Shown here: piece after piece, positions 29,137 to 46,700 of the stretch
How positions within the stretch are numbered: position 1 is the stretch's first letter
Layout of the letters: each line of letters starts with the position of its first letter
Assembly: GCF_009914755.1 (NCBI RefSeq)
Contig: NC_060929.1
DNA: 64,000 nucleotides
Strand: one strand, 5' to 3'
DNA from: the human T2T-CHM13v2.0 reference genome, Homo sapiens
Notes under the pieces: generated by a model
Told to the model about the DNA's origin: nothing
Database searches by the model: none
Seen by the model: only the letters and a program-made list of their open reading frames with translations
Made by a program: the position numbers and the translations under genes

Positions 29137-30291
29137 ATGGAATACTATTCAGCTATTTAAAAAAAATGTCATTTGCAGCAACATGGATAGAACTGCAGGT
29201 CACGAGGTTAAGTGAAATAAGCCAAGCACAGAAAGACAAACACCTCATGTTCTCACTCATATGTGGGAGCTAAAAAAACATGATCTTACGGAAATAGAGA
29301 ACAGAACAATTGTGATACCAGAAATGGGGAAAGGTGGGTGCGTGAGTGGGTGGGGATGAAGAGAAGTTGGTTAATGAGTACAAACATACAGTTAGATAGA
29401 AAAAAATAAAGTCTAATGTTTGATAGCAGAATAGGGTGACTATACTTAGCAATAATATTTTGTATATTTCAAAATAATGTAAAGCACTTGAAATGATACC
29501 AACATATAGACATAATAAATACTCAAGGTGATGAATACCCCAAATACTCTGACTTCATCATTATACATTCTATGCATATAACACTCACATGTACCCCATA
29601 TATATATATTATGTATCAGTAAAATATTTTTTAAAAAGACGGAAAAGGCATTAAATTTGTGGGTGGAAGACATGAATGGAAATGTGTTCCAAATGACGGC
29701 AATCAAGTTTGGTACTATCCACAGTTTCAGGAATCCACTAGGGACTTAAAACATAACCCATACAGATAAGGGGTTACTACTGTATGCCTAAATCAGCCAC
29801 CTGAGGTATAAGAAGACCCATCTGAGCAGGCACTCATGCTACATAAAAAGGAAGTTCAGTCCTTAGAAAAACATTTCTCTACAAAATTCTCTAGAAAGCA
29901 GTATATGTTCCAGTTAAATCAAATAGAAAATAATTAAAATACATTTTAAGGAGACAACATCATACTCAAAATACCCTACATTCCATTTAGAAAAGTTAAA
30001 ATATGTATTAATTAATTCTCAGTTCTTAATAATAGTTATTAGTTATTAGTTATTAGTTACTGGGTGCTAATTTTATGCCAGGCACCATGCTAAGGGATTT
30101 ACATGTATCATTTCTAATTTTTACAACAACTCCAAAAGTAAGTGATTAGTCCATCTTTAATAATAGTTACCTAAAGTCTTGTGTGTGCCAGATTTTATTT
30201 AAAGTCTTTCAAGCAATGGGAACATATCAGTGAACAAGAAAAGTCCCAGTTTTCATGGATTTCAACTTACTTGCTAAATTAAGGGGGAGAC

Positions 30292-30361
30292 TATATACAT
30301 ATACATATATACACATACACACATATGTATACATATACACACATATATATTCATATACATG
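30292..30361. repeat. (TA/CA)n compound microsatellite
   Basis: Read directly from the sequence. Confidence 0.85.
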
Positions 30362-31384
30362 TAAGTCCTACTTGGTGATATAAGCTAAGACAATAAAGCA
30401 GAGTAAAAGGACAGAGAATGGTGGAAGTTGCTATTTTAGACTTTGTGGTGAAGGAAGGCTTTTCTAAAAAGGTGGCATTTGAGTAGACTTGAATTCAGAG
30501 AGGGAGTGAACCCCATTTCAAAGAACATTCCAAGTAGCAGAAATAGCCTCTTTTCCGCAGAACAGGCTCCTTTTAGGGTTGTGAGTCTCTCATCCTTAAG
30601 GAAGTTCAAGAAGACAAATTAGCCCCCTATTATGGGGTGCTGTAGTGGGATGGTGATGGTGCAAGTAAAGAGGAAGTCTGCAGAAGACTGACAGCCCCTC
30701 CCAGTTCTAATAATGGGCACTCTTATACATTTGTTTCCAATGAAAATTCTCATTATTTTAATCAGGACATTTGCTTAGAAACTACTGGGCTTTTTCTTCC
30801 CTACCTATGATTATCTATACTATTTTTGAAAAATTTTTGTACAAATCAGCAATAAAATGAGAAAAAAAGAATGGGTTCAGGACACTCAGTCAGACCTGGG
30901 GCTAAATCCCAGGCCATACAGCACAGACAGATTACTTAACTCCTCCAGTTTGCATTTCCTCATGATTAAAACTGGACTAATTACTTACTTTTGGAGGTAT
31001 AAAAATTAGAAATTATACATGCAAATCCCTTAGCATGGCACTTGGAATGGTATAAAATTAGCACTCAATAATAACTATTATTAAGAACTGAGGTTCTTAG
31101 AACTCTTCTCTGTTTTCACTTATACCAAATTCCATTCCTATTAAAACTTATCTGTAAAGAAATAGTCTTCAGAGCATGAGTTGGTTAATAAAAAGGGCAT
31201 ATTTATAATATTGATTTATCATGGTTCAATGAAAAGAAAAAAACAACCAAAATGAACAAACCATCTAATATGTGGATGGGTGTGACGTGAATGGTTTCTT
31301 GAGAGAGACGTTTATAAAACTTTGGAAACAGGCCAAGAAAACTCCTGCAATTTGCATCATTTAGAGGAATTCTCATTACACTTA

Positions 31385-31585
<201 letters not shown>

Positions 31586-31867
31586 TTACTTCTCTCATAC
31601 TACAGGATTTGTAGCAGAGACTAATAGTTGCCTTCCAATAAAGAGTGTCTTCTTCTTCCACAGTAGTGATATAATTTTACAGCTGGGCTCCCCTGAAGTC
31701 AGGTGTGACGAAGTAACTAAGTTTTGGCCAAATGATTTAGATAACAAGTGTCAGGCAGCAGTTTCTGGGAACCTTCCTCATGACAAAACACACGCGCATC
31801 CTTTCTCTCTTTTTTTCTTCACTCCTCCTTTAATCTTATAGTCTGGATCTAAGATGCTACAATCCTA

Positions 31868-32104
<237 letters not shown>

Positions 32105-32253
32105 CTAAATAAGAAAAATATTGGCCATCAACAATTCAATTCAGTTTACCAAAATTACTGTGCACCTACCAGGAACACAATAGCATCCTAGAAGTAAGGG
32201 CTCCTGTTCTTACCTGAACGTACCATCTAGCTTTTCAGTCCTTATCCTACTAG

Positions 32254-32680
<427 letters not shown>

Positions 32681-33000
32681 TAAGAAATGTTTTTATGTGT
32701 ATATGCCTACGAAACCGTGATCAAGATATAGAATATTTCCTCATCCCTAGAAGGTCCCTTCATGTCCCTTCCTAGCCAATACTATTCAAACCATGTCCCC
32801 CTCCTCCTGCCCAAAGACAAACCCTCTTCTGCTCACTATAAATAATTTTTCCTAATCTTAAAATGCATAAAAATAGAAATATAAGTTCATTCTAATTTGT
32901 GTCTGGCTTAAGCACAACATAATGTCTGTTAGATTTATCCATGTTGCTGCATGTATTAGTTCATTCATATTAACTGCTGTGTAGTATTTCATTTTATATA

Positions 33001-33315
33001 CAGTCATGCACCACATAATGATGTTTGGGTCAACAGCAGACCACATATATAATGGTGGTCCTGTAAGACTGTAATACCATATTTTTACTGTACCTTTTCT
33101 ATACCATTGTGTTGCAACTGCCTACAGTATTCAGTACTGTAACATGCTGTACAGTTTTGTACAGGAGCAATAGGTTAAACGATATAGCCTAGGTGTGTAA
33201 CAGGCTACATCAGCTAGGTTTGTGTAAGTACACTCTCTGATATTCGCCCAATGACAAAACTGCCTAATGATGCAGTTCTCATAACATATCCTCATCATTA
33301 AGCAATGCATGATTG
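33001..33315 (+). mobile_element. Tigger3/MER7-type DNA transposon
   Basis: TIRs cagtcatgcaccacataatga / tcattaagcaatgcatgattg flanked by TA. Confidence 0.75.
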
Positions 33316-33359
33316 TATATATCACAATTTATCCATTCTCCTGATAATGAATCTAGTTT

Positions 33360-34320
33360 TCTTTGGTTTTTGTAACCCCAACTTTCTTCTGTTCTCCTCT
33401 GACCTTTATGACCATTTCTCCTCAGTATCTTTTATATATTGATCCTAACTGGCCAGTCTCTTAAACGCCAATATTATTTGGAGGTCTAGCCTTCACTCTT
33501 TACTCGTCTCATCCTATTCCCTCTCCATCCATCCTATGCCAGTGGTTTCAACTATCCTCAACCTGCTGTTGACTCTTAGATCCTTATTTCTAGACCTGAC
33601 CTCTCCTGAAAACTTATTCCAAATGTCTGCTAGACAAAATACTCTGCAGGCATCACACATACAACAAATAAAAACTTTGAACTCATTGTCTTTCTCTTCT
33701 TACCCCAAATTTTTCAACCTCTTTTATTTCCCAAAGTTTTAGAGGTGCCACCAGGTACCAGTTACCTGAGCCAAAATATAGGGGCCATCTTAGATTTTTT
33801 TCCTCTCCAACCAATCACCAAGATGGTCTGATTTTATCCAAGCCCCTCATCATCCTCTTCCCGTCTTCCTCCTCCCTATTACCACTACTTGAGTTCAGAT
33901 CCACTTCATGACTGGTCTCTCTGCTTCTGATCTGTTTATCTTAAATCTATCTTCCAAAATGCTACCAGTGATCTGTCTTAAGCCCAGGGCTGACCATTCC
34001 TCTTTCCTTCAATGGCTCCTCATCAACTAGATCATGCTCTTTACATGATGTAACAGGTCTCCATGACCTAGACCCTACCTACTTTTCCAGCCTCATCTCT
34101 TATCATTTTCCACTTTATCTTCTGGTAAGAATGACCTCTACTGTACTTGTTCTTTCAATCCTCTACCCAGACATCATCTCTTTCAGGTAACTTAAATTCA
34201 GAACTTAACCAAATATAGTAGAATTATCTGTTTCCTAACTAAACTATGTATTATAGGATAGCTAGAGAGTGTTTTATTTGGCTTTGCACACCCAGTGTCC
34301 AGCACACTGTGAAGAACATC
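33360..34320. mobile_element. L2 relic
   Basis: Pyrimidine-rich L2-like text (ctagacctgacctctcctga, atcttagattttttcctctc, caatggctcctcatc). Confidence 0.5.
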
Positions 34321-35857
34321 TACTGTTTTGGATATGGATATGACCAGCACCCATATCTCCTTTCTTTTGGTGGCAGGTTCTAGATTCTCCTTAGTTCATG
34401 TGACCTGGGTGCAGCTGCTTCCATCTTTTGGCTCCAAAAGTTGGCAAACCATTCAGATTTAGCTACTGAGAATACTAATACCCCTGTCCACAGAGTAAGT
34501 GGTGCATAGATTAAAAAGTAACCCAAGCCAGATCAATGGACATCAGTCTCAGGACATCTGGTAAAATTATCAGCAAAAAGAAGTGTTCTTTCAGTAAGAG
34601 TTACCGAAATGGAAAAAAGTCACCCACCCTGAAGCTGCCAATGGTCATTTTACCACCATATGGAAAAGCTTCCCTAAGAATGAAGCCAAAACAAAAAGGA
34701 AGCAAGCCGAAAGACACAGATAGGGATAGAGATAGGTTCCTGAATAGAGCCATGCCTGAAGCCAGTTCTGCTCCTTGATTTTCTATTTTCTTGAGCTACT
34801 GAATTCCCCTCTTTTAAATTAGTTTCTGTTATTTTTTAAGTTTCTTAACTTGAGTTTCTGTCATTTGCAAGTGAAAGAGTCCTGGTTTCTCAGAAACTGT
34901 TTATTACCACCTAGTTTATTAACTTTACATACACAGAATGTGTTCAAAGCTGTCATGAGGTAATAGGAATCCAGAGAAGACTTTGAGAGTCATTCTAACT
35001 GAGAAAACAGGTTTTATTACACATACAGTACTGGAGTTAGGCCTTGAAGGATCAGCAAGTGGGGCTACACCCAAGGCTACCCGAATGAGCTAAAGCAGAC
35101 CTGTGTTCCCAGAATTTCACTGTAGGGTTCTTTCCCTATATCCTCCCACAAAAACATTCAGGAACAATCTAGCTCTGATCTATACCTTCCCATTACTTAA
35201 GCATTAACCTCTCAAATTCAAAACACCAAACAGCATGAACTATATAAAGGCTTGGAAACAGAAAAATGCAAAGTGTGTAGGCAAACAGTGAGATATCTAG
35301 CAAGACCAAAATATAGGATACTGGCATTTTACTCATTCATTTATTGCAAATATATACTAACACTGTGCCAGTGCTGGGGATTCAATGGTGAATAATACAA
35401 ACTAGGAGTCTGCTCTTCTCTCTCCTAATAAGGCAATTAGCAAGCAAACAAACAAAAACATACATAAAGAAAATAAAATGGAGTAACGGTGGGTATGGGT
35501 AGAAGGTGGCTTGAGTTTGGGTGGTCAGGAAGGGTCTCTGAAAAGTTATGTTTCAGCTGAAATCTGAAGGAATTGGCCATACAAATAGTTAGGCAAAGAG
35601 AGTTGTAAGCACAGGGAAATCAGCTTGGTACACCTGAGAAACAGAATAAAGGCCAGTAAGGAAGAATATAGAGGATGAGGAGTGTGACAGAAAATTAGGT
35701 TGGAGTAGTGAGGTTTACAGAAGAGAACACTGAGAGATGAGGCTGGAAAGAATCATAACAGTTGACTAATAATACAAACAATATGTTAAATTCTTTGCAA
35801 TATCTTTGAAGAGACAAATTGAGTAAAAAAATGAAGGATTAATTTATCAGAGATTAA

Positions 35858-36229
<372 letters not shown>

Positions 36230-37537
36230 AGGAGATATTTTAGTAGGCATAGAGCATACCCAAAGTGACCTCTCTTGTAATAAATATATTAAGTGAAATC
36301 ATCATGAACTATTGTGCCAACTCAAGGTAATTTATTATCCTTTCCCAAAATAATTAATGTCATCCACGACCACATTTCAGTCTGGAACTTCCCACTTGTT
36401 GAGATCTGCAGATCTCAATAGGTACCTTTGAACTTGGCTTCTCCAAAAGCTTATTTATTTCCAACAGAAAAATAATGAGGCCCACAGAAGAAAATGAATT
36501 TGCCCCAGGCCACACCACATGTGAGTATTAGAACAAGAATCAGAATCACAGAATCATATTCCCGGACTCCTAATTCAGTGCTCTTTCCCCTACATCACAG
36601 CCTGCCATATAAATCTTTTGAGGGCCAATGGTTAAGGCCTTGATCCTTAACCAATCTACATCTTAAGTCTCAATGCCTAAAATTTAAACAATCTGAAGAT
36701 TGCTTTCAGAGAATGGCGAGAACTGCCAGACAGATAAGGAGTTACTGGCCTTACAAAAATACGTATTAATGTGATCTCTCATTAAGCATGTAAACTATGT
36801 CTTTTTCATGATTATTTCCCTAGCACCTAGCAAATTACTAAGCATAATAAAGGTTTATTGAACACATATGTATATTTATTGAACAGCTACATGTAGAGGA
36901 CATCGGGCTGTCTTCTGTGGAGCCATCAACAGTGAGCATTTATTTACTATGAGCCAGGCCCTTTGTAAGAGCTATGTGTGTGAACACATTTAAACCTCAC
37001 AGGAACTCTACATTATTACAACTCACCTCACAGATAGAAAAAAATGAGGCTCACAGAGGTCAAGCAATTTGCCAAAGGTCACACAGAAAGTAATAGGTAG
37101 TAGAGCTGGAATTTTAAGGAGTAGGTATGTACAGATCCTGCCTTCAAGAAATTTAAGCTTCAGGATAGGAGGTAAGATACACATATTTTTTAAAAACTAT
37201 AATAAATTTATAAAAATACCTATGCACAAGGCTAAGTGAAAAAAGCAGAGCGCTAAAGAACAAATATAGTATGTTGACTTTTCCATCAGAGGAGATAAGA
37301 AAATATATCTGCTTATCTTTACAAAAAGAAACTCAGGAAGGATAAGCCAGAAACAAGAAAGATGAATACCTATAAAAACAGGTGAATGGAGTGGAAGGGG
37401 AGTGGGATGGAGAGACCTGAGTATATTTTTTGTGCAGTTTGATTTTTGGAAGCGTATTAATACTGTACATATTCAAAAATAAAATTAACACATAGGGCAG
37501 CAAATAAAACAATTTTTTGTAGGTTACTTTTGTAGTA

Positions 37538-37927
37538 CAGGTCAAGTATCCCTTATATGAAAATCCAAAATTCTCCAAAATTTGAAATTTTTTGAGTGCC
37601 AACATGATGCCACAAATGAAAAATTCCACACCTGACCTCATATGATGGGTTGTAGTCAAAATGAATTGAAAATTTTGTTTCATGCACAAATTTTTTTAAA
37701 ATATTGTATAAAATTATCTTCAGACTATGTGTATAAGGTATACATGAATATAAATGAATTCTGTAATTAGACTTGGATTGTACCCTCAAGATACAGCACT
37801 ATATGTGTATGTGTGTGTGTGTGTGTTTATTTGTGTGTGTATGCAAATATTCCAAAATCCAAACAAAAATCTGAAATCTGAAACACTTCCCTGTTCCAAG
37901 CATTTTGGATAAGGGATACTCAATCTA
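37538..37927 (+). mobile_element. Tigger4/MER46-type DNA transposon within old L1M sequence
   Basis: TIRs caggtcaagtatcccttat / ataagggatactcaatct. Confidence 0.75.
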
Positions 37928-40327
37928 TAGTATAGGCAAAGCAATAAAACCATTTCAGATACATCTCATAATTAAGGAAATGTGCTAATATTGTTGGGAG
38001 ACAAGGTTCCTACTGTAGAAGGGAGATACAAATGTGTAATGGGGAAAGGCAAGGAAAAACCCTGTAGGGATGGATTAAAATTGGAGTTATACTGTGTGTG
38101 AAGTCATGATTTCTAAAATACATATAGGTGTACACGTGCACATATGTATCTACAAACATAACACATATAGGTGTATATGTACCTGAGTATATTTTCCAGC
38201 TCTGCTGACAGCCTAGAATCAAAGCCATGCCAGTGGCAATGAGTACACTTAGTACTCATGTCTTGGTCTATAAAACCAAAAGGGAATGAATCATGCTTTC
38301 TCAAAGAAATGTCTGGTTGCAGGGCTGGGGCACAGAAGGCATAAGATGAGTCTAGAATATCTTGTTATGCCAGAAAATAAGGAAGCACCCAAAAATGATG
38401 GAGGCATGCCACCTAGGAGCCAGCTTGAAAGACAAATTTGAACATCAAAATAATTAAGGACAGTGATGAATTACAAGCCAATGGGGGAAAAGCAGAACTC
38501 CATGAAAGCATACTGATAACAAATTAAAAAAAGAACAAAATGGGGGAGAAAGGAGAGGTCATGACTATTCTAGAATGCTGAAAGCCAACTGGTAAATCTT
38601 CACATTAAATATTGGTGCCAGAATCATAAATAAATGCTAGATTTAGAAGAGAAATTATGATGAATAGCAGGATATTTGTATGGTCTTACAGTATCTCCTC
38701 ACAGAAAGTTTATTAGCAAGATAGGAAAATAAACTTTAACTGTACAGAACAAAATCAGACAACACATCACCAATAAGGGGCAGATGGATATCATGTACCT
38801 TTAGATGTGATACCCTGGGCAGGACACACCATCACTTATGGAGTATTTTGGCCAGGAATGTATAAACTGACATTAATCATGAGAAAGCATTAGAGAAACT
38901 CCAAAGCTTGTTTTTCAAAAACACCAACGTCATAAAAGACAAAAAGACAAAAAAAGACTGAAGAACTATTTTAGATTAAAGGAAACTAAAAGTACATGGC
39001 AACTAAATACAATCTGTGATCATGTACTGGCTCCAGTGGTAGAGGAAAAAGTTTGGTATTATTGGACATTATTGGGTCAACTGATGTAACTGAAATATGG
39101 AAAATAGATTACAACAAATTAGTACAACAAAAGTACTAATGTTAAATTTACTGAAGTTGATAGCTACACTGTGGTTATGTAAGGGAATATCCCTATCCTT
39201 AGCAGACACATACTGAAACATTTAGAAGAGCAATAATGTTTACAATTTACTCTCAAATAGTTACAAAAATAAAGTGTTTATCTATATATGTATACATGTA
39301 TTTACACAGAGAAAGAACACATGTGAAAGCACAAATGTTTGAGCAAATGAAGTAAGTATTAACAGTACTGGATTTGCATAAAAGGTATACAAATATTGTT
39401 TGTGCTACTCTTGTAACTTTTCTCTAAGTTTGATATTATTTCCAAAATAAAAAGCACTATAAGATCAAAAGTGCTTTAGTAAAGTGTTACAGTAGAGGTG
39501 AGGGAGATGAGCTGCCTGGGGATGATCTAAAAGAGCTTTTTCAGAGAATGCAGCATTTTCGATGGGCATAGGAGAGTGGGATAACACACCAAACATCATA
39601 GTTTTTGCCCTGGGGGATGGAGACAAGGTGACTGGGTTGACTATGCAATAGCTCTCACCTCTCCCTGGCCAGGAAACAATGTGCACCTGCAGCTGACTGG
39701 TCCTGAAATGCTTCTCAAGATTGGTAGAGGTGGGTAAAGAGGTAGCAAGCAATCCATGACCCAGTGAACAGTGTCCCAAGAGCAGGCACTGGCTTATACT
39801 TGCCACAGAACCTCCCTACCCACTCTGAGCTTTGATTAAAGTCTCTCCACATTCCAAATATAAGAAAATAGTTCCAGAATCAGCACCAAAAATAAGGGCC
39901 TTGGTCATAATACTCTCTCATTTCCACACGCCAAATAGTCATTATCTGAGTCACTGGGCTCTGGGTAATGACAACCTCTAATCCCTATGGGCAAGGCCAC
40001 ATATCATCTCTAAATCATTCAGATCCCTGAGAACAGTGAGTCCTCGACAGAGGCTCACCCACTGGAATCATGAGGCTGGTCATCACTGCCAACTTTTAAT
40101 GACCAACATTGTAGACTAAATTAAGCTTTCAGATAAGCAAAGCATCCCAAATGAAAACAGGTAAGGATGGGACACGTGTTGTGGGGCAGATGTGGCTTCA
40201 ACACACTAACCTGGAGGAGCAGAAGGCAAGTAGATGCAGAACCCAATTCTGGGTATAACGAGAATATACCTTCGATTTTGGTGACACCTCTGCCAGGAAT
40301 TTATAATCTTATGCTCTTTATCCACTA

Positions 40328-40606
<279 letters not shown>

Positions 40607-43600
40607 TTAGTGCTTATAGAATCCTTTTACGTATATCAATAAATGCTTCAATGGGCTTGAGAGAAAAGTGCCATTATTCCATGTTAGAGATGAAGTGATA
40701 AAGGCTTGAAGACATTAAGTGACTTCCCCAAGACTGCATAGCAAAGATTAGTAGTCAAACCTTAGTCTTCCTACTCCCAGTCCAAACCCTGTGCTGTGCT
40801 TTTTGCATTATATCCAGAGCAAGAATATAGAAATGGTGACAGCATAGACTAAGCAAGTACTGTACATGCGCTTCCAAGAAAGTGGAGTTTAAGTTGGGAC
40901 ATCAAACTTGAGTACAAGTTAGCCAGGAGAATAGGAAGAGTTTCAGGCAGAGAAACAAATGTAAAAAGCCAAAGGTGAAAGAAAGTATGGGAAGAAGTTT
41001 AATATGATTGAGAATATCTAACGTAAGGGGGAGAAGTGGTAAGCTAGAAAGGTAAGATCCAGATAATAAAGGCCATATAATCGATGGTGAAGAATTCAAA
41101 CTTTATAATGAGGAAGTGAGGAACCACTGAATGGTTTTAAGCAGAAACAGAATCACATTTAAATTTTAGAAAGATCACTTTGGTGGCTGGGTGGAGAATG
41201 GATTAGAAGGCGGAAAAGAAGAGAGGCAGGCTGAGGCAATAATCTAGGATCCAGGTAAGACAAAATGGTGGATAAGAAGAAAAAAGGATCAATCATTATG
41301 CATCCATAATAATTAAAAATAAAAAGAAGAGAAGCAAAGGGGATTCCAGAACGTTGGAAGGATGGTAAGGAAGCTGTTGGAGTTAGTCTTGTGAAAGATG
41401 ATGGAGAACCAGGAACACTTACAAAGAAACAAGCAAGCAAATGGGTGACTCAAGATCAAAAAGCAATTAGCAAATCCAATCAGTGCGAAATGCTCTCTTT
41501 CCCTCTCCACTCATCTGAATCCTATACACTCCCCACTTTGTGGTCCAGCCCAAGGCTTCTCTGCAACATGGAATGCAGAAGAGAACTCTTGTACATAGAA
41601 ATCTTCTAGCAATCTATTTACAGTCTATAGAATATTTCTTAATTCACTATAGTTTGCCAGGGCAAATCATTACTGCTTCATACTCAGCATCTTCCCTAAT
41701 ATTCCCAGGAATAAAACAGTGTATCTTGGCTCTTCTCTCTCCATCCACTATCCTTTTGTCCCTCTCTCTTGGTGTTTAAGGCAGAGAATTAAATGATTTA
41801 GTGATCTCAGGTATAATAAGGTTTGGGAAAAGCTGATCTCACTAACTGATACAACTCTTCCTACATAACTCATCTAAACAACTGCTAATAATATCCTACT
41901 ATTTAGGTAGACATTTTGTTTTCTCAAGTAATTTATAATTTGGATACAAGGGATGAATCTGAACCCATAGTGGGATGCATATACCCAAAGAGGTTCACAA
42001 AATAATTCAATGGAGGGCAGGAAAAAAAATGGACTTTTTTATTTATAGAGATTTATCTCATTCTATTAAAAATTCTATTTTAGGGTATATTTTAGAATGT
42101 TAATTATACATTATTATGGTAGTACATATAATTTATATAATTTACATATAAATTATTTATATTCACATATAATTTATATGAATTTACAGATTATATAATT
42201 TATAAACATCCAAATACCCACATATTATGTCTGAATGTGAAACACTGCTTAGAGTTGTGATAAAAAAATTTTGAAGATTACTGTCATCTACTGTTTAGAA
42301 TTGAGTAGAAAAAGTAGTTATTGCATTAGAATAAAAATGTGTAAGGATGGAAAAGAGACTGGTTTAGTGCTTTGGAGGGACTCTGGAGAGGGGCTGGAAG
42401 ACTCCTTCTGAAAAAAGGAGTCAGGTACATATGGTAGAGGGGCAAGAGCCCAGGATGCTCATGGAAAATGAAGATAACCAACATCATAACCAGAACCAGT
42501 TTCTATGGTATTCTCTCCCCTCTGATACCACCACTTTTTTAAAAAACAGCTTCATAGAGACATAATTAAATACTAAGGTCACTATTGCATTCTCAACCAA
42601 AATCACTGGGGAAGGCTGGGGCACAGTGAGTGGTGGGGGGAATCCAGTGCTATCTTTTCAGAGTTCTGATCTCTGGTGAACAAGTAGGAGAAAAAAATAT
42701 CATAGACACAAATCCATCTGTTTAGAAAACTACTTGGAGTTCTCTGAATGGTATTTAAAGACTGAGATTTCTGATTACTATGCAAAGCCAGATGTTGAGT
42801 AAATTGAACAAATACTGTTAATGGCACTACAAACAAATAAGTTTATAAATAACTGAGGACTGTCATGTCAAGGCTTGATTAGGAAATTAGGAACAATGGA
42901 GCAACTTAAGAAAATCAAAATTAATTTCTTGGTTTCCTGCTAAGACTTTTAAAATGCATATTTTTACCTATTTATTTATGCCCTCCTAATAATGAAAGTA
43001 ATAACAGCTACATTTATTGAGTGCTTACTATATGCCACATATTAAATATAGTATTTCATTTAATCCTTATTACTTGAGAGGAATTAGCATACTCTTCTTA
43101 CAGGTTAGGAAACAGAAGCTCAATGTTAAGTAACTTCTCAAAGTCACATGGCTTAGTAAATGGCAGATCTTGATTTTGAATCCAAGTCTAATTCCAAAAC
43201 CCATCCTTTTATTCACCATGCTATACTGCCTTCTCAATATCTCAAGGCAGCTTTAGAAACTTGTATTCAAGAACCGTTTTCCAATCAGGACAAGTACCTT
43301 TACATAGAATAAGGTATCATTTAGCAAGATGCTATATAACCAGCCAGTTTGACTTCTTAGGACACAATGCAGAACAGAAATGGAAACAAAAAAGAAAAAG
43401 TCCTGAAAGTAGGAGAGATCATGGCGGACAGGAGGCAGGAAGAGATTTCAGGTCCCACTTGGATGGACAGAGCAGCGCGTGGAGGCTCGCATCGTAAACT
43501 TCTGCTCCAGAATGACTACAGGAATATATCAGGAAGGCCAAGAGAACCCATATACCCTCTGAAGGAAGTGGATTGCTCCTGCAGGACCCGGGAGACATCT

Positions 43601-46177
43601 CAAATACTGTGAGTGCCCAAATAGTGTGGAAGTGGAAAGGGAGATCATCTACCCCAGAACACACACCCCACTGGGGAACCTGAGGGTCTAGATTAAAGGG
43701 AGATGAATCTGACCTTACTGGAGCTGAGTCAATTTAGAGAGCCAAGTGAAATACAGGGGTAGAGGAAGCAGTAGGAAAACCCCTGTGGGCTCGCTGGGTC
43801 CCCTAGCAAGCAGTTTCCATCTTGCCTCACAGGGGTCCTTGGGGAGGATGGCCAGAGGCACTGGGAAAAGGCCACAGGGAGAAGGAAACCTCCAGTTGAA
43901 CTTCGCAACAATTTGAACTGATGGAGAAGTCTCCTGACCAGAACTCAGGAGAGGGCATGAATCCAGTGTGTGGACTCCACAGGCAGGGGAAAAATGAAAG
44001 TCCTACTTGCTTTCACAGCTGGGAGGTGGGTAGTCTGGGGCAAGTTCTCAGCCCTGCTTGCCCACTGCCTGGAAACAGACTCAGTGTGGTTGGGGAGCAG
44101 GCACAGTGGGAGTGAGACTGGCCCTTTGGGTTGCATGGAAAAGCCTGTGACTGCTGGCTTTCCCCCACTTCCCTGACAACCTGCATGACACAGCAGAGGC
44201 AGCCATAATCCTCCTAGGAACATAACTCCATTGACCTGGACCTCATCCCCATTCCCCACAGCAGCCACAGCAAGACCTGCCTCAAGAGAGTCTGAGCTCA
44301 GACACACCTAACCCTGCCCTTCCCACCCTGATAACTGAAGACAAAGAATATATACTCTTGGGAGTTCTAGGGCCCTGCTCACTGCCTGTTCCTCTCCATA
44401 CTACCACAGCTGATGCTTTCTTGAAAGTGCCACCTCCTGGCAGGAGGCCAACCAGCATAAAAATAGTGCATTAAGCAACCAAAGCCAAGGATGCTCACAG
44501 AGTCCACTTCGTCCCCGACACCTCCAGCAAAACAGGTGCGGGTATCCACAGCTGAGAGACCCACACAGACAGTTCACAGGACTCTGTGGAGAAAACCCCC
44601 AGTACCAGACTGGAGCCTGGGAGACTTGCTGGGTGGCTAGATCCAGAAGAGAGATAACAATCACTACAGCTTGGCTCTCAGGAAGTCACATCCTTAGGAA
44701 AAGGGGGAAGGGTGCTACGTCAAGGAAATACCCCATGGGACAAAAGAATCTGAACAACACCCTTGAGCCCTAGACCTTTCCTCTGACACAGCCCACCCAA
44801 ATGAGAAGGAACCAGAAAACCAACTCTGGTAATATGACAAAACAAGGTTCTTTAACACCCCCAAAAATCACACTAGCTCACCAGCAATGAATCCAAACCA
44901 AGAAGAAATCCCTGATTCAACTGAAAAAGAATTCAGAGGTTAGTAATTAAGCTAATCAAGGAGGCACCACAGAAAGGCAAAGCCCAATTTAAGGAAATCA
45001 AAAAAATGATATGAGAAGTGACAGGAAAAATATTCAATGACAGAGATAGCATAAATAAAAAAACAATCCAAACTTAAGGAAACAACGGACGCACTTACAG
45101 AAATGCAAAATGCTGTAGAAAGTCTCAGCAATAGAATTGAACAAGCAGAAGAAAGAACTTCAGAGCTCATAGACAAGGCCTTCAAATTAACCCATTCCAA
45201 CAAAGACAAAAGAAAAAGAAAATATGAACAAAGCATCCAAGAAGTCTGGGATTATGTTAAATGACCAAACCTAAGAATAATCAGCATTTCTGAAGAAGAG
45301 AAATGTAAAAGTTTGGAAAACACATTTGGGGGAATAATCGAGGAAAACTTCCCCAGCCTTGTTAGAGACTTAGGCATCCAAATACAAGAAGCTCAAAGAA
45401 CATCTGGGAAATTCATCGCAAAAAGACCATCGCCTAGGCACATTGTAATCTGGTTATCTAAAGTTAAGACAAGGGAAAGAATCTCAAGCTGTGATACAGA
45501 AGCACCAGGTAACCTATAAAGGAAAAACCTATCAGATTAACAGCAGATTTCTCAGCAGAAACCCTACAAGCTAGAAGGGATTGGGGCCCTATCTTCAGCC
45601 TCCTCAAACAAAACAATTATCAGCCAAGAATTTTGTATCCAGTGAAACTAAGCTTCATAAATGAAGGAAAGATACAGTCTTTTTCAAACAAACAAATGCT
45701 GAGAGAATTTGCCACTACCAAGCCAGCAGTACAAGAACTGCACTGCAAGAACTGCTAAAAGGAGCTCTCAATCTTGAAACAAATCCTGGAAACACATCAA
45801 AACAGAACTTACTTAAAGCATAAATCTCATGACCTATAAAACAAAAATACAATTAAAAAAAAAAAACAAGGTGTACAGGCAACACAGCACAATGAATGGA
45901 ATGGTGCCTCACATCTCAAAAGTAATGTTGAATGTAAATGGCCTAAACGCTCCACTTAAAAGACACAGAATTGCAAGAAGGATAAGAACTCACCAACCAT
46001 CTGCTGCCTTCAAGAGATTAACCTAAAACATAAGGACTCACGTAAGCTTAAGGTAAAGGGGTGGAAAAAGACATTCCATGCAAATGGACACCAAAAGCAA
46101 TCAGAGGTAGCTATTCTTGTATCAGACAAAACAAACTTTAAAGCAACAGCAATTAAAAAAGACAAAGAGGGACATCA

Positions 46178-46700
<523 letters not shown>

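Noticed and set aside
43412-44300. L1 antisense promoter driving chimeric transcripts into exon 9
   Set aside because: Antisense promoter activity is established for younger L1PA 5' UTRs; this L1PB UTR is a different type and CpG-depleted.
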